Shown here in pieces: positions 35,976 to 37,530 of a stretch of DNA of 37,530 bases. The position numbers and the translations under genes are program-made. How positions within the stretch are numbered: the stretch's first letter is position 1; each line of letters opens with the position of its first letter. The notes beneath the pieces were generated by a model. It made no database searches. It saw only the letters and a program-made list of their open reading frames with translations, and was not told the origin of the DNA. Location: IMG/VR virus record IMGVR_UViG_3300042473_001002. The stretch is one strand, 5' to 3'. This stretch comes from a virus. Taxonomy: Duplodnaviria; Heunggongvirae; Uroviricota; Caudoviricetes; Crassvirales.

Positions 35976-37400
35976 ATGAATAAAAATGAATTAAAAGAAG
36001 GAGAGATTTATGTTTATCAAGGAAATTATATAAATAAAATAGGTACAGCATTAACACCATTAAATAGTCAATCTATTATTATAAATTATATTTCTATCAA
36101 TAGCAATATATATCATAATGAAACTAAATCAGGAGCTTCAAATGGTAGTAACGATATTAGATTAGCAACTCCAGAAGAAAAACATTGGTTATTAGAATGT
36201 ATCAGATTAGATAAATTTATATCTAAAGAAGAAGCTATAAAAACATTTGTGCCTGAGTATGTTGAATGTATTCATAATAAAGGTACAATAGGTTCAAAAT
36301 TAGAATTAAATAAAATTTATAAAGTTAATTTAAAAAAAACAGTTATTGATACTTTATATTTAGAAGATTTTAAAACTGGTATATATTGTGGATTAACTCC
36401 TAATGAAACTACAAAATATGACCAATATTCAGGATTCAAACCATCAACAAAAAAAGCTTATGATGCTCAATTTGTTAAACCTGTTAAAGAAGTAATTATT
36501 CCTAAGAAATTTGATATTTTATCAGTATATTCTAAAATAAGTGGTACTATTTTAGAACTACAAAAAGATGGTTATTATAGAAATATTAAAACTAATAATT
36601 CTGCATATTTAAAACCCTTAGATATAGTTAAAAAAGATTCTTTATATAAAATTAATTCTGTTATCAACGAAGAAGGTAATATATTTATGCTTGGTGATAT
36701 GATTACTCCTTGCAGTAGTAATAGTCACAATAAAGGTAAATCATTTAAAATTATTAGATTTAGACTAAATAATGATAAAACTATGATTTGTGCTATTACT
36801 GATACACATAATCCATATGGAATCGGTATTGATAAAATTGAACATTTTATTGAAAAAGAATTATCACCTATTCAATTAGCAAATATTCAACATCCTAAAT
36901 TAGCTATTCTTTATGAAAAAGTTGTTATAGCTCAAAGTCATGCTGATCAATTAAAATTAAAACAAGCTGGAATTGATTCTATAGTTATACCTAATGAAAC
37001 TTTATTAGAAAAAGCTAAAAGATTATATCCTGTTGGAACTAAATTTAAATGTATTTATCAAAGAAATAATTCTATTAATGAAATTTATCAAGTTATTGAA
37101 ATAGCATCACAAAAATCATTATTGTCAGATATAAAAGTTAAAACAAATAACCCTAAAGGATTTTGGAAAAATATTTATGATAGTTCTTTAAATCAATGGG
37201 CTGAAATTATTGAAGATAAACCTAAAGTTGGTGATAAATTTGAATTTATAGACGGTCATTGGAGAAAAGATATTAATGATATTAAAGTTATATCTAGAAT
37301 TTTTGAAGAAAGTGTTGCTTTTAATATTAGACATCATTATGATACTGAATTTATTTCAGGTGGTACAGTTTTACTTAAAAATATCAAAATAATTAAATAA
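35976..37400 (+). CDS. Mosaic hypothetical protein built from recurrent phage modules
   Basis: RLATPEEKHWLLEC, LLEKAKRLYPVGTKFK and several short SH3-like beta modules. Confidence 0.65.
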   Translation: MNKNELKEGEIYVYQGNYINKIGTALTPLNSQSIIINYISINSNIYHNETKSGASNGSNDIRLATPEEKHWLLECIRLDKFISKEEAIKTFVPEYVECIHNKGTIGSKLELNKIYKVNLKKTVIDTLYLEDFKTGIYCGLTPNETTKYDQYSGFKPSTKKAYDAQFVKPVKEVIIPKKFDILSVYSKISGTILELQKDGYYRNIKTNNSAYLKPLDIVKKDSLYKINSVINEEGNIFMLGDMITPCSSNSHNKGKSFKIIRFRLNNDKTMICAITDTHNPYGIGIDKIEHFIEKELSPIQLANIQHPKLAILYEKVVIAQSHADQLKLKQAGIDSIVIPNETLLEKAKRLYPVGTKFKCIYQRNNSINEIYQVIEIASQKSLLSDIKVKTNNPKGFWKNIYDSSLNQWAEIIEDKPKVGDKFEFIDGHWRKDINDIKVISRIFEESVAFNIRHHYDTEFISGGTVLLKNIKIIK

Positions 37401-37530
37401 TGGCTCAAGATACTAAAATATATCTAAAATTAGATAAAAGACCTAAAAATGTTGATGAAGTATTAAAATTATTTTGGAATAAGTATGGAAGTAATGAAAC
37501 TTTTCATGATAAAGAATGTACTAAACAGCA
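37400..37530 (+). CDS. Hypothetical protein, partial
   Basis: TAATG-coupled start, MAQDTKIYLKLDKRP..., open to the window end. Confidence 0.55.
   Translation, partial: MAQDTKIYLKLDKRPKNVDEVLKLFWNKYGSNETFHDKECTKQ

Noticed and set aside
1-37530. Stop-codon reassignment (code 15 or 4) as in some crAss-like phages
   Set aside because: Core genes (TerL, portal, MCP, GroEL) are full length in code 11, and no suppressor tRNA was seen.

Overview
Very AT-rich segment of a crAss-like (Crassvirales-type) phage of a Bacteroidota host, probably Flavobacteriaceae-like, read in the standard code 11. Positions 1-26.5 kb are a minus-strand late/structural block. It holds a ring protein, a DEDD exonuclease, a lysis cassette with an M15 endolysin, tail fibres, ring and auxiliary capsid proteins, the major capsid protein followed by a free-standing GIY-YIG homing endonuclease, portal, TerL, GroEL, a GroES-like protein, an IHF-like protein, PhoH and small ORFs. 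It is driven by host-type TTTG-N20-TAnnTTTG promoters. At about 27.1 kb transcription diverges into a plus-strand region of small, often membrane, ORFs whose intergenic gaps are full of structured RNA candidates. The most unusual signals are: (i) several tRNA-shaped elements that all have non-canonical anticodon arms; (ii) a roughly 230-nt tetraloop-rich ncRNA bracketed by a repeated hairpin; (iii) recombinase/operator-like 22-bp repeats and an AT-rich cruciform near the divergence point; (iv) an apparently recoded MCP 3' end next to the homing endonuclease; (v) a compositionally foreign tail-fibre module with a stand-alone paralog of its C-terminal domain. All assignments come from reading motifs by eye; no database searches or folding computations were run.
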